Positions 37,660 to 50,200 of a stretch of 64,000 bases of DNA are shown piece by piece. A model generated the notes under the pieces. That model was not told the origin of the DNA, did no database searches, and saw nothing but the letters and a program-made list of their open reading frames with translations. The stretch's first letter is position 1, and each line of letters opens with the position of its first letter. Position numbers and translations under genes: made by a program. The DNA comes from Lama glama (lineage: Eukaryota), in the NCBI GenBank assembly GCA_028534125.1, contig CM052828.1, positions 60,326,001 to 60,390,000 of the forward strand, given 5' to 3'.

Positions 37660-37870
37660 ACGTTTTATCTCTCGATCAATTTGTATTCCCCCAAGTCTCT
37701 ATCTATCCTGCAATAAAACAGAAAAAGGGTTCACATTCAAGCATCGCTGTGATTGTTCTGAAATGCCATTCTGTCTCTGTTAAGATTTAATTATCTGTTG
37801 CAAATGCATCTGTGAGTTAGTGTTGCCCAACTCATCTTGGAATAGAAACGATCAAATATTTGGTCGCCAG
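37660..37870. promoter_or_regulatory. AT-rich CNE-like block
   Basis: 'tcgatcaatttg', 'gtgattgttctg' and 'aagatttaattatctgttgcaaatgcatc' in unique sequence. Confidence 0.35.
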
Positions 37871-38047
37871 AAGCCAAGTGGTGATGGCTACACCAAACAC
37901 ACAGTTTTCTGCTGTGGCTCACGGCAAACAAAACAGACGGTGAATCAGAAGGGACGGGAGGGGACATGCCAGCTGAGACACACAGTGACAACTGCTGTGG
38001 GTGACTGCAAGCACTTGGTGTGCGTGTCAGCCGCTCCGCCTGGTGGA

Positions 38048-38082
38048 ACGTGTGTACGCACGTGTGTGCACGTGCACACACG
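38048..38082. repeat. Alternating purine-pyrimidine tract with a perfect 22-bp palindrome
   Basis: 38061-38082 cgtgtgtgcacgtgcacacacg is its own reverse complement. Confidence 0.95.
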
Positions 38083-41000
38083 GTCTGGCACCTGAAATCT
38101 GACTTCAGTGTCACTGTCCCCCGGAGCTGTGTTCCCGCACAGTCAGGCTTCCCAAACCCAATTGAACTTGTCTCCCTTTTGAGGAAATATTTGACTTTCT
38201 CCCCAGCTGTTCAGCACGTCTCTTTTGAAGTGATGTTCTGAATACCGAGGCTCTGCTTAATCTGGAAGTTTCACTGTTCACGCCAAGCTTGCTGCCTTTT
38301 CCAGAGTAACGCAGGTTTAGGGCGCTGTGCGGGCCCCCGCCTCCCTCCTCTCTGACTTCCTTGCGTCTCGTTAGGGTAACGTTTCTCCCGTTGCGGGGGT
38401 GACATCCTGCCAGAGTTGTTCCACCTCCAAACACGTTTTTTCCGTATCCACATGTCAGTCAGCAGCTCGTCTGAAGCTAGAAAATGACAGTCAGGAGAAT
38501 TGAATCGTTAACTGTCTCAACTCCAGACTCTAGTCGTCCTAGGGTCAGGGTGACTGCGGAACAAGTGACGGCACTTTTGGAGCTGGGACACGTCGCAGCG
38601 GCTGGTCCCCGCGGCGTCCCCGTGTGCTCCTCTTCAGGGCTCAGAACACAGGCCGACAAAGTTGTTCCTCTTGAGTGAGTTGGAAGCCATGTTTTTGTGC
38701 CACAGGCCTTGCAAACCTCACCGTCAGCTTTACTTTTTTAAACTCTTGTTAACTGTCCTGCTGAACAGCCCCGTTTCTCTGGCCCGCGGCCCCGAGCGGA
38801 CAGTCTGCTGCATGTGTGGGAGCGAGACGGGGGGGGGGGGTGCTGGAGGGGGTGCTTCATCGGCTGGCGGGTTCGGCGGGCATCCATCAGCCGGTTTCTT
38901 TTAGTTTTTGGCGGCTCCAGGCTGCAAGGACTGTCACGTTAACCTGCTCATAGAAAGTTCCTAGAAGGCAGGGTTCCGACGCCAGGCTTGGCATCTTGGA
39001 GCATCCTAGGGTGACGCCGTTCACAAGGAGACAGGCGACAAGTGCAGTGGGCAGGTGGTGCTCCAGTCAGGGCTCCGCAGGGCATGGCGATGGAGGGCGT
39101 GAGGTCTGCGAGGCCCGCGCCCCACGTGAGCGGGGTCTCTCTGCGGGTCCGGGAGCAGGGATGACGACGGCCCAGCAGGACGGGGCCGCACTGCTGGGCT
39201 TGCTGGGGGCCGAGCTCTGTGTCAGGAAGTCAGGGGCTGTGGGTTCCACAGGCTGTGGGACAGACAGGAGCCGACGCACAGATGCGGGGCCGCACCGGGT
39301 GCAGGTGGTGGGTTTCGGGGGGAGGGAACGAGGCCTGCCCCAGGAAGAGTGCTGACCCGAGGGTCGCCGTGGACAGAAGGCTCCAGTGAGCCGGCTGGGT
39401 GTGGGTGTCGGGGGCAGTAAGGAGACGGAGGCCCCGGCCCAGCCAGTCTCGTGGCCGCACCGCCTGCTCCTCCCCATCCCAGAAATGGATTCAGGGAGCT
39501 GTCCCCTCCCGCCTTTCCCCAGCCCTGCTGCTCTGAGTGTGCAGACTGTCCACTCACAGGTGGGGGTCCAGGGAGGGGTCTGGGGGCTCTGCGGTCCCGA
39601 GGCCCCAAGCTCATAAACCCCGACCCCACCCGTGGTCCTGGCCTGCCTGTTGCAGCCTGAACTGGGACCCTGCTTCGTGTCTCACTCCCAGAGGCGTGTG
39701 GGAGCCCACGGGGAGTGACTGAGCTTGACCCCTGGTGCTGGGGTTCTTCCCGGGCTGCGCAGACCCCGAGTCCCGGCCCTCCTGAGGGCGGTCCTGACAG
39801 CCTCCCCTGTGGCTCTGTGACCAGGGCCTCGGCCACTGCCTGCCTGGGCGTCTCTGCACCGGTCCCTCGACCCTGGGCTGGCCCCGCCTGGTGCTGCACC
39901 AGACGAGCTTGCACCTGGTGGCCCGGGCCTAGGACACGTCCAGGCGTCAGGCTGTGGACGTCCAGAACTTCCCAGCACCGTCGCCAGACTGGCTCTTAGA
40001 TTTGTCGCTGCCTGTTTCGGGCTTTTTCCCAGGTCAGGGCAGAGAGGGGCCGTGGGGAGGAAGGCACCCTTGGCCTCACCCCTGAAACGCCCCTTACACA
40101 GCATTCGACGCACAGGACTGAGTCTTCGGGGGACTAATTTTGCAAAAAAGAACTATTTCCAGATGTCTTCCAGTGTCTGTTTCAGGGACAACCCGCACCG
40201 GGGGGGGGGAGGGGACCGCGGTGCGTTTCCACTTGTGAGATGTGCGAGTCTTAAAAGAAGGAAGTAGACGTAGGAAGTAGGAAGGACGGAAGGCGGGACG
40301 GGAGCCCGGGAGGGCGGAAACCCGCAGTAGCAACTGAGAGATGGCAGCGCTGACAGAAACAAACAGGCGGTGAGCAGCTGCCGGCTGGCGCACGGCCCAG
40401 GCCTGGTGTGAGTGCCCTGCAGGTCCTTCCTGGGAGGAGGGAGCCGGTTCCCAGAAGCCATGGGCTTGGTGACGGGGCTTCGTGGGTCGTGGGTTTCTCT
40501 GGGGGACCGCTGAACGCTGGACAGCTTTGCTGTCCTGCCCGCAGATCTCTGCCACAGCAGAGTGTCGAGGAGCCCAGGTGTCTGGCCGGCGGCCGGCTGT
40601 TTGCTGAAGGAGGCCTTCGGAGGCCGTGAGGCCGGCAGGGACGCGGGGGCTCCCTGCTCTCCTCGTGGGCGTCGCGGGCGTGTGTGCACCTGCCTGCTCT
40701 CCTCCCGGGGAGCCTGGCCCCATCGCTGCCATCAAGACCCTGTGCCCATAAGTATTGACAGCTTGGAAAGGGCGCGATCTGTGCAGATCAAATACCGTCG
40801 AGCCCGTCACTTCCCAGCGAGGGCCTCTCAGTCGCCCCCCTCCTGAGGCCTGCCGTCTGAACGCCCTGTCTCCCTTCCTTCATTTCCATGATGCGCCGTT
40901 CGGAGGAGAGCGACTCAGCCAAGCGCGCAGGCTCAGCCGTGGGCCTGCACACCGCCCGTAAGGACGGCTGCGACCATCGTCCGGGGGTGGAGTTGCGGTC

Positions 41001-41504
41001 CCCGCGCCGCTGGGGCTGGTGTCTTTGAGCCTCTGGTAACAGTCCTGATCGTTCTCTCTGACCTCTGGGTCCCTTTCAAGGCCGCCACATGCCCTGTCAT
41101 TATTTTGGTCATGTGCACTTTCACATTTTTTACTCCTAATCTCATTATCTTTAATTTTTTTCTCCTTAATTGCATCCCCACTTCCCGAGTGGGAGCTGTC
41201 CCTTCAGAGTGACACTGACTTTCACCTCCGCCTTGTCTGCCCGCCTGTCCATCGAGCGTCATTCCAAGTGATTTCTCCGTCCTGGGCACCCTTTCCCTTC
41301 GCGCTGGGCTGGTCACTGCGCCCCCAGCAGCCTCCAGTGGGTCGCCGGTGCCCGATTTCCTTTCTGGTTGGGCCCGTGTCTTCCCCGACTCCCCCACCTC
41401 CAGTGCACAGCGAGTTACTTCCGGCTGAACGTTGTATGATGAGCAGGTGGGCCGCCTAAGTCTAGTCACTTCTGTCTCCTCTCTTCCACGTCTTCAAGAC
41501 AAAC

Positions 41505-41731
41505 CAGAACAGACTGACACTACTGTATATAAAACAGACAGACAGCAAGGCCTGACTGCACAGCGCAGGGAACTGTATTCAGTTTCTCGTGATGAGCTGT
41601 AATGGAAAAGAGTCTGTATTTGTATGTATCTGTTTGTATAACCGAATTGCTCTGCTGTACACCTGAAACTGACGTTGTTAATCAACTACACTTCAGTAAA
41701 AAATAAAATTGAAAAAGAAAAACCAACAAAA
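41505..41731 (+). mobile_element. Cetartiodactyl-type L1 3' UTR with A-rich tail
   Basis: 'actactgtatataaaacagacagacagcaagg...cagcgcagggaactgtattcag...taatggaaaaga...tgctgtacacctgaaactgac...aatcaactacacttcagtaaaaaataaa'. Confidence 0.9.
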
Positions 41732-44344
41732 ATTGATTAAGCGGCATTCTGTGCATAAGGCACTAGAGAAGTGTTCTGGGAGCATTGCAGTTGCCCGTGG
41801 TTTCCGGTCAGCAGGTGAACAAGTCCAGTCTCCCTAAGACGACTTGTAGCTGCGGCAAGAAGCACCGCTGAGCGGACGCTGCAGAAACTTGGCTCCAGCA
41901 GGTTGCCGTGTGTGCTTATGCACGCGTGTGTTTGTACTCCTCTGAGTGCCCACCTGGCAGGAGAGAGCACCAAAACAACATCATTTCTGTCCACCAGGAA
42001 ACCAGCAGACCCGTGTGCCTTACCTTTCTCGTGAAGCCCTGACTGTAAATACGTTTCCCGATCATTTCTGAAAGCACCGCCTTTCAGTTTCCCGGGTCCT
42101 TCTCTGCAGGGTCTGCAGGCGGACGGGTGGTACGTCGGCCCCTCAAAGACGCTCATTTCCTGACCACCTGTGTTGACACGAGTCCGATCCCCCTCGCCTC
42201 CCCGCTCCTGCCTGGGGAAGCGTGTGCGTGACACGGCTCTGCTCCAGCCCCTGCGCGAACGGGGAGGGACAGTCCTCGCTGCCCTCTGAGGAATGACCGC
42301 GCGCCGCTGTGCTCCAGCGTCCTGGCTGCCTCGGGGCCGCCACTCTCCAGTCGTGACAAGTTGCACAGTTGATCCTCACGCTTCCTGGAGCCTTCCTCTC
42401 GTTTCTGAGCATGGCTTTCTCGCCATTTTGGGGGGGGGGCTTTTTAAACTTTAGCATGAGATCATTTTCTCCTTCTGCTCTGCCCTGGTGCTTTTTATCG
42501 TGCGGGGATTTCTTTTTTAGCGTTCATCGTTTTTACCCTTCCTTCTTGCGTGTAACAGTGACGCTTTGCATTTATAGAGTGCTTTTCGTCTGCATGTGCT
42601 CCCCAAACTTAATTGTCTTGCCCTCCAGGCTGGCTGGGCCAGATACCCGCGGTGCCAGAGGCTGAGGCAGGGCGCCCGTGGGCCTGGCAGGCTTCTCTCT
42701 GACCCCCCAGCTCGTTCCACGTGCAGGGCCTTCTCCACGAGGGATGAGAGGACCCGTGTCCCGCACAGCACGCTCACACTGCTCACCCCGTTGAAGCTGT
42801 AATCGATTTCTTAACACCCACAGCTCAGGGCCACCGCTGGGAGATGCGTGCATCTCCGTGGAGGAGTGGGAAGTGGGGCGCACACGTGGGTGTCCCCTGT
42901 GGCTGCTGCAGGACTCAGGCCCACGGGAAGCGAGCTGCCCGGGACTGCCCCGCCGTGGGGCCCGGGGCCACCGTGCGCAGTGACCGGGCCAGCAGGCAGG
43001 CCGTCAGCCCTCCCGGTGCGGGCGGCGGCCCGCAGTCATCTCCTGAGATGGCTGAGAGTTGTTGCCACAGGACGGGGGCCCTGAGGCCCTCAGTAGCTTG
43101 TCTGACAAAAATCAGCAAAGCAACATCAGAGTCAGAAACGAGGAATGAAGAGCCTTGTGATCTGGGGCCCCGTGTTGTGTCCTTTCTCCGGGGAAACTCC
43201 CCTTAGAGAACAGCGTGTCGTCTTAAGGGAACTTGCGGCCTTCCACGCAGCGCCTGCCTCGCCCGGCCCCCAGGCCGCGTCCTCTGCACGTTTTGTCCTC
43301 AGCTCTGCTTCGTTCCTTTCTAAGCCTTGAAAATAAGTGTGACTAGATAACCAAGCCGTGGAGTAAACGGTTCCTAGTGGCCACTCATGCTGACACTTCT
43401 TGAGCTACATTAAGGGGAAAAAGGTGGATTTAGTGATCCAGGAGGCGAAACGTCGGTTCGCTGGCACTTCTGTTCCTCCGTAGAGGACAGTGATGCTGCC
43501 CCGCAGGCTGGTAACAGAGGCGGGCAGGTTCTGAAGAGCCTTGCGAATCATGAAGGAAATGTTAAATTAGAGTTACATTAATTTTATTGTGAACTGCATC
43601 TTTACCCTGACAACTTGGAAAACAGCGCCGCAGTCACAGCGCGTGTGTGGCAGGGTTGTTAGCCAGACGTCCTGCACGCCTGGCGTGGCGCGCGTGCTCC
43701 CGCACGTTAGAGCAGACGCGCGCGAGTCATGCTTCCCCAAGCTGAATTTCTGCTTTTAAAGGCATGTGACTGCTCCAGGAAACCTGACAGAATGGTAATG
43801 AGAGCGACTTTTATCAGGACGGTCATGTCTGGATGTCAGAGTGGTTTTGTAACCCAGGACAGGCACATGGTCCGCGGGCTCCTCCCAGCAGATGAACCGG
43901 CGCACGGGGCCTGTGATTAAATTGCTTGCAGAGGCTGTGAGTGCCCTGCAAAGTGTATTGATTTCCCAGAAAATAATGACGTCTTGACCTTGCCAGCGTT
44001 CAGATGGGATGAAGTCATTCTTCCCAGCCGGGGCCGTGGGAACGGTGGGCAGGGCTTCCTTCCTGCCGTGAACTTGCCAAAACTTGACTCCAAGAGGCTG
44101 ATGGACCCTGCGACTTGTTGGACAAACAAGGAATGTTGTTGATACGTTTTTCTTTTAATGACTCCTGACTGAAGTGGGATTACCTTCTCCTGTGGGTTTA
44201 GCTCTAGGACTGGGAGCCCTTGTCACTGAGTGTCCTCAGATTCTGTCCTCATTCAGGGTCTCGGTTCCCAGTGCCCCAGCGCCAGGCACTCAGCTCATCA
44301 GGATGAGTGAGGCCTTGTGCTGTAGCGGGCGATGCTGTTCCCAG

Positions 44345-44430
44345 AGCGCGTGTGCGCCCGTGTGTGCGTTGCTGTGTGTTGGCGTGTGTGCATGTGTTAG
44401 TGTGTGCACGTGTGTGTGTGTGTGTGTGTT
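44345..44430. repeat. Imperfect (TG)n/(RY)n microsatellite
   Basis: Seen directly; ends in a pure (TG)n run. Confidence 0.9.
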
Positions 44431-45010
44431 GATGCGTCGGGAACCACAGAAAGGCAGTGACAAAGCTTGCCTGTGGTTTGGGCCCAGCAGAGAAAGGAAG
44501 GGGTCATGTGACCTCTGCAGGTCCAAGAGCCGCCAAGGCTGGGCTGAGGCCTGGCCCACAGCCCCAGACTCGCGTTGGCCAGGCCGGCTCTGGTGTCGTG
44601 GGGAGAACACTGGGCCTTTGCACCCAGACACCCCCCATAAGATGTTTGCAAGCAGCTCCTCTGTGAAGCGGAGCTCAGCCCGCTGGCTGGGCCATGGTCC
44701 CCTGCCTGCGGGGTCACAGGAGGAATGGCTGCCGACTGGGGACAGAGTGCTTCCTGCTCGGTGCCCAACACCTGCTTGGTGGTGTCCTTTGTCCCCTCCA
44801 TCCACATGGTCACCCTGCTGTCGTGAGGGGCCTGTTGTCCTGGAGCAGGGGGCTGCCCATCCACAGCTGCCACGTCTGAATAAGCGATGCCCCCAGAACT
44901 CAGACCCCCGTCCTGAAGGTGTGGGTGGAGGGGGGTTCCAGAAGACCCCACGGGGCCTGCTCAGGCGGCCTTCCCGTCACTACATGGCTTCATGGAGGCC
45001 CTAGGAGTCG

Positions 45011-45409
45011 GTGTTTCCTGGCCACCATACAAAGTCTCACAAACTGGGTGGCTTAGAACAGCAGAAATGTTCTCTCTCACGGTTCTGGAAGCAGGTGTCA
45101 GCAGGGTGGGTGCTGCCCGGGGCTCCGAGGGAGGACGTTCCAGGCCTCTCCCATGGCTTCGGGTGCTCCCCAGCTCATGGAGCATCAACCCGTCTGTCTG
45201 TCCACACAGGCTCTTTGCTCCCTGCGTCTGCATCTTGTGTCTCCTGTTATGAGGACACCGGTCATGTTGGAGGAAGGGCCCCGCCTACCCCAGCGTGACC
45301 TCATCTTCACTCCCTACGTCTGCCGAGACCCTCCTTCAAATAAGGTCATGTTCTGAGGTCCAGGGGCCGGGACTCCACCTGTCTTTCAGGGACACAATTC
45401 AGCCCACAG
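45011..45409 (-). mobile_element. MLT1-family (ERVL-MaLR) solo LTR, near full length
   Basis: 'cacaaactgggtggcttagaacagcagaaatgttctctctcacggttctgga', 'ttatgaggacaccggtcatgttgga', 'gtgacctcatctt', 'caaataaggtcatgttctgaggt', 'gggacacaattcagcccaca'. Confidence 0.92.
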
Positions 45410-47029
45410 TGGTGGGCTCTCAGGTTCTCAGTTCCTGGAATTCGAGGACCCAGGTCCCAGAACGAGGTCGCCATCCTGGGTGGCCCTCACCCAGTCATTC
45501 TGGTCCAACAGAAGAGAAGACGGCGTGTCCTTGAGTTACTTGAATTGAAGTTCAGATTTGGTTTCCTTCCTCCGTAAACACTGAGACTCCGTCCTGGATG
45601 GCGGGACGCCTGCATCTAAGTGCGGCTCTGCAGCTGCAGCCCCGAGACTCTTAGTGGGGCAGTATGATCACAGACCCCCGTGGGGCCGGCTTCCTCACCT
45701 GCGGCGCCCCGAGGCCCGTGGGTGGCTGAGCTGCAGCCGCTCCCTGCCGTGTGCCTGCCGCCGTCGGGGTTGTAAGCACGCGTTTTAGATTTCAGAGTGA
45801 TAATACGTCTGTATGCTGTACACATGTCGCAGTGTCTGGGCAGCACTTTGTAATCAAACACATCGCTCTTCTGCAGTAAAATGTGTGAGTATTCGCACTT
45901 AGTAGGTAAAGACAGTAGATGGCCCCACGTCTCAGCTGAGGTCCTGCGGCCCGGGAGCTGGTGGCCTGTCACCTGCCGCCCGGCGACAGCAATGGCAGAG
46001 CTTCAGCGTCCAGAACGTCCTGAATCCAGAGGTGCAGATACTGGGCTGGGGGGCTTTGTTCGTCTCTCGATGGACCGTGGTCTCCTCGGGGCAGGAGCTG
46101 GCTGCCTCCCGGCTCCGTCTGCCCTGCGCTAAGCAAAGGCTCTGAAGCGTAAACACCCAGTCCGGGTCTGCAGGGAAGGAGGTCAGCAAACAGCGCGTGC
46201 GTGGCCTCGTCCCTTGAGGCCGCTTCCCTCTGTGTGGTTAATTTCTCCTGTTTGCTGCCAGTTCTTAGTAACTTCGTTTTCAGCAGAAGTTACTGCCTCA
46301 CGTTCTGCTCCCTGTGGAGGGCTTGAACACCCCTCTGTACATTCCTGAAAATCTGCAGACCCCTAGGTAACAAAGGTGCCCTGCGAGGTGTTGCATTTGG
46401 AAGGCCAGGCAGGCAAGCCGGGCCTCCAAGGGGCTGGGGGACAGGAAGGGGGCCAGGCGGGGCGGGGGGCAGGCCCGGCTCCCCACGGTGTCGCCGGTTG
46501 GCTGCTGCGGTGCCTGCACTGAACTTTCTTTTCCATCTCGGTTGTTCAGAGCGTTTCCCAGGGGTCCGCTGGGGGTTGCCATTCGTGGTTTAGGGCTTTC
46601 CAATCTGCGGGGCAGTGAAGACATGTCAGCGGAGATGGTGCGCCCCCGACGTGCGCGTGGCTTGTGGTGTGAAGCGGTGGGGCGAGCTCTGCTGTGCTGC
46701 AGAGGGAGCTGTCCCTGCTGCGCGGGGTCCTCGGGCCACTTCACCGAGGAAGCTGCCTTAGAGCTGGGTGTTCAGGCGGGGACGGCTTGGAAGGTCTTTC
46801 GAGGTAGAAGGAAAAGCGTGTGCCGTTCGGTGTGTTTGAAACACGGTGTGTCCATGGAGACAGGAGCTGGACAGGTCGTTCAATATTCAGGTTGCATCCA
46901 AAATCAGACACCAATGTAAAACCTACTTAAAGCTAAATAATTTTAAAGCATGTGTTATAAATTCAGTGCAGCTGCGAAGTGACACTGATGACGTGGAAAG
47001 TGTAAGATGGAGGCTCTGCCCTGACGTGG

Positions 47030-47250
47030 TGACGAGCGCAACGTGCTGGGCGATGACCGCCGGGGACCCACCTTTGCTTGGCGTCCCTCGGCTCCCTGTA
47101 TCCTCCTCACAGCTCTGGGAGTGGCGTCCTCCTCCTCCCCGACCCACAGGCGAGGATGCTGAGGTTCCAGGAGGCTAAACGACCTTCCAGAGGTCACACA
47201 GAGGGCAGTGACAAGTCAGAACTGGACCAGAGCCCTTTGGCTCTGGAACC
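47030..47250 (-). mobile_element. MIR SINE
   Basis: 'acaggcgaggatgctgaggttccaggaggctaaacgaccttccagaggtcacacag' matches the MIR core 'acagatgaggaaactgaggctcagagaggttaagtgacttgcccaaggtcacacag'. Confidence 0.7.
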
Positions 47251-50200
47251 GACACAGTCCTGGGGTGTCAGTGTCTACGCCATTCGCTGTCCCTGCAGGA
47301 GGACAAGACACGTGCACGTCTTAGGTGCAAGCACGGAAAAACAACGCTGTTTACTGCCAAATCTCATGCGTGTGCTGAGGGCCAGGAGGGGGACGAGAAC
47401 CACAGGAACCATTCCAGAGCGTGTGCCGCCTTTTCCCAGGACGGTTATTTTGGAATCGTTATCTGCTCTGTTGGTGCCGATGGGTTTTCCCAGAGCCGCA
47501 GCTGAGCACCGCACAGATGACTTTGTTAGAATGAGACCGTGCCCTTACCCAGCGGCGCTGTGTGCGTGTGTGTGCCCGTGGGCGTGGCCCGCGTGCAGAT
47601 TCGGGGGTGCTTGCGTGTGTGTGCTTGGTTGGAACGTCGCAGTAAAGTGATCACGGAAAGCGGCTCCCCTGGGGGCCGGGGTGAAAACAGCGCATGGAGA
47701 TTTCTCAGGTTGTCTTCCCGTCGCTGAGAGTTGAGCCGTGGCTGGCGGACTGCCAGCTGGCAGACAGGACCCACAGCCCTCCGCCCCTGCCTCCTGGCAC
47801 GGCCACTGGGGCGGCTTCTGGAGCGGATTAATTAGTGAGCATCTGATAAAATGAGAGGCAACATATTTCTTATTTCGGAGGTGTCACAATGATGTTAAGT
47901 TGTACTTTGCACCCCAGAACAGAGCGGCGTCAGGAGGGTTTACCCCCGTGAGACAGGGAAGTGGCCATGAGCCCAGACGCCCATCTCCGCGCCGGACGGG
48001 GTCTGTTCAAGGTGAAGACAACCAGCGGTGCTGGAGGGCATCACCTAGGAGAGGGGTCGGCGCCCAGCACACGCGCACCCAGATCTGCGAGCCTGGCGCC
48101 CGGCCGAGGGGGCTTTTCCCCTCAGATCGCAGTCTCTGCCGTGATGTTGCCTCTTATAGGTCATGCAGAGACTCACCCTGGCCGCACCTGCCGGGTTAGG
48201 TTCCAGGGCCCACCTGGTCAGAGCAGGGATTGGGGCGGGGGCACATGCCATGCTTTCCACCCCTCGAAAGACGGCCTGTTTTTCCTTCTTCTCTCTGCTC
48301 AGCCCGAGTCCAGATAAGCCTGTAGACTGCCTCTGCTTTTCCTCACGCACGCACCAATGCACGTGCCCACACGTGTGCCGGGCACAGTGTGCATCACACC
48401 AACCACGGCACACTGGCACCCACACACGCGGGCGCTCATGCAGCCCCTCCGCCAGGACTCGTGGGGATTATGGAAACGCTCACCCACTGGCAACTGAGCA
48501 CACAGAGTGAGCTGGTAAAAACGAGGGACGGATTTTTAATCTAATTGAAACGTAATTAATTCCAAGTGAAGCTCGTGTCTTATGGCGGCCAACATCGGCG
48601 GCCTGGCTCTGAACAGGAGCCCCATGGGGATGAGACTGTCTGTGTCACCTCTGCCTGTCCAGCTCGGGGCTGCAGGACGTGCTTGTCCACTGAGGAGGAG
48701 CCATCGGGGACACAGACTGGCAATCTGAGCCGCTGTTGGAGCCCCCTCCCAGCCGCCTCCACCCTAGGCGCCTTGGGGAGCCTGCCTCCAGTGCTGAGCG
48801 TCCAGGAAAGAGCCCTGCTCGACAGCACCGAGCGCTTTGGCTGCTGTGGTTTGGGTGACGGATTAAGACTCCGTCGCTCACACGTTTCCCAGAGCCTTTC
48901 AGAATCAGTGTGTATTTCTCATCCTTCGGCTCCTTGGGGGAGGCGTTCTGTCAAGAGTGTACCCGGGAGGGAGCAGAACCCGGTGCTGCCTCGTCCTGTT
49001 TGTCATCGGGCTGCCTCCCGTGCTGTCAGCGCCTGGCGTCCGGCCCCGGGCGGGCTCTGTGCGGCGTTCTGCTTTCGCCCCCTTCGTGTCTCCCTGGCCC
49101 TTTCCCACCGTTCGGTCCCTCCCGACATCCCCCTCCAGTCTCCCCAGACCTCCTCCCTCCCCCAGGCCCTGCTGATTTCAAGGTATCTCCTTGGGGCGGC
49201 TGCTCAGATGACGTGCGTCATATCCAGCAGAAACTCCTGCGGCCGCTGTCAGCGCTGTCACTGGGGAGGCGGGCGTCCAGCTCTCCTCTGTGCTCAGACG
49301 TCTCGTGTGTTTGGGGGAGCGGCCCAGTAGGAGCACAGGATGCGGGGTGCACCCCACAGCGACATGACGGGGCTGCTAAACTGGTGTGGAATGCTCCCCA
49401 GAAAGGCACCAGCATGTCGTTGTCACAGAGATGGCCACCACCATGTCCAGGGCCTGCCCGTTCCTTCCTAAGCAAAGTTGGGCAACCGTGAGCCCTGCAT
49501 GAAAACTGCCAGGGGAGGTGCCCACAGCGTGCCTGCGATGCAGCAGAGAGCAGACAGCGCCTGTGTGTGAGGGCGCGGCCGGCCTCCCGGCAGCTGGCCT
49601 CGGCCTGGGGACAGCTGGCCACTCCGACAAGCATCAAACACACGCGGCCCCTGGTTAAATAGGCCTGTCCCTGCACTGACTCTCCAAGGCACACCTGCCT
49701 GTGCGGGGCCGCCCTGTTCGCCATGGCTCTGGGGGTGGTGAGGTGGGGGCACCTGTCCCAGAAGCTGCCGGGCCTCCAGGCGCCTCCCCTCCCCCTCCCC
49801 CCTCGCCCGCCCCGCGTTGGGCCCCGGCCTCCCCTCCCCGCACTTGCTCCAGGCCCAGCCGAGCGGGAGTGACGGGGCCCCATCGGGGCTGCTCAGGCTG
49901 TCTGGGCTCACAATGGGCCCTCCTGCTGACTGGCAGTTACTTATACTCAGCCCCCCACTGAGCTACTGGTGAGCATTCTCATTCCGTGCAATTGTGAACT
50001 GCTCCCGCCTGAATGTTAACACGCAAGGTTCAGCACAGGGAGAAAAATAACGATATTTGAAACCCTTTAACATCGGATCTGCGTATAGCGAAATGATTCT
50101 GACGTCTCCGCAGAAAAGTCTTAACTGAGGGCTGGCCGAGGCGTGAGGTGGCGACGGCGTTGTGGGTCACTCCTCGGTGCTCGGCTTGGCCGGGCCACTC

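Noticed and set aside
44174-45004. 276-aa Cys-rich ORF
   Set aside because: The CV/CA repeats come from the (TG)n microsatellite; there is no zinc-finger spacing.
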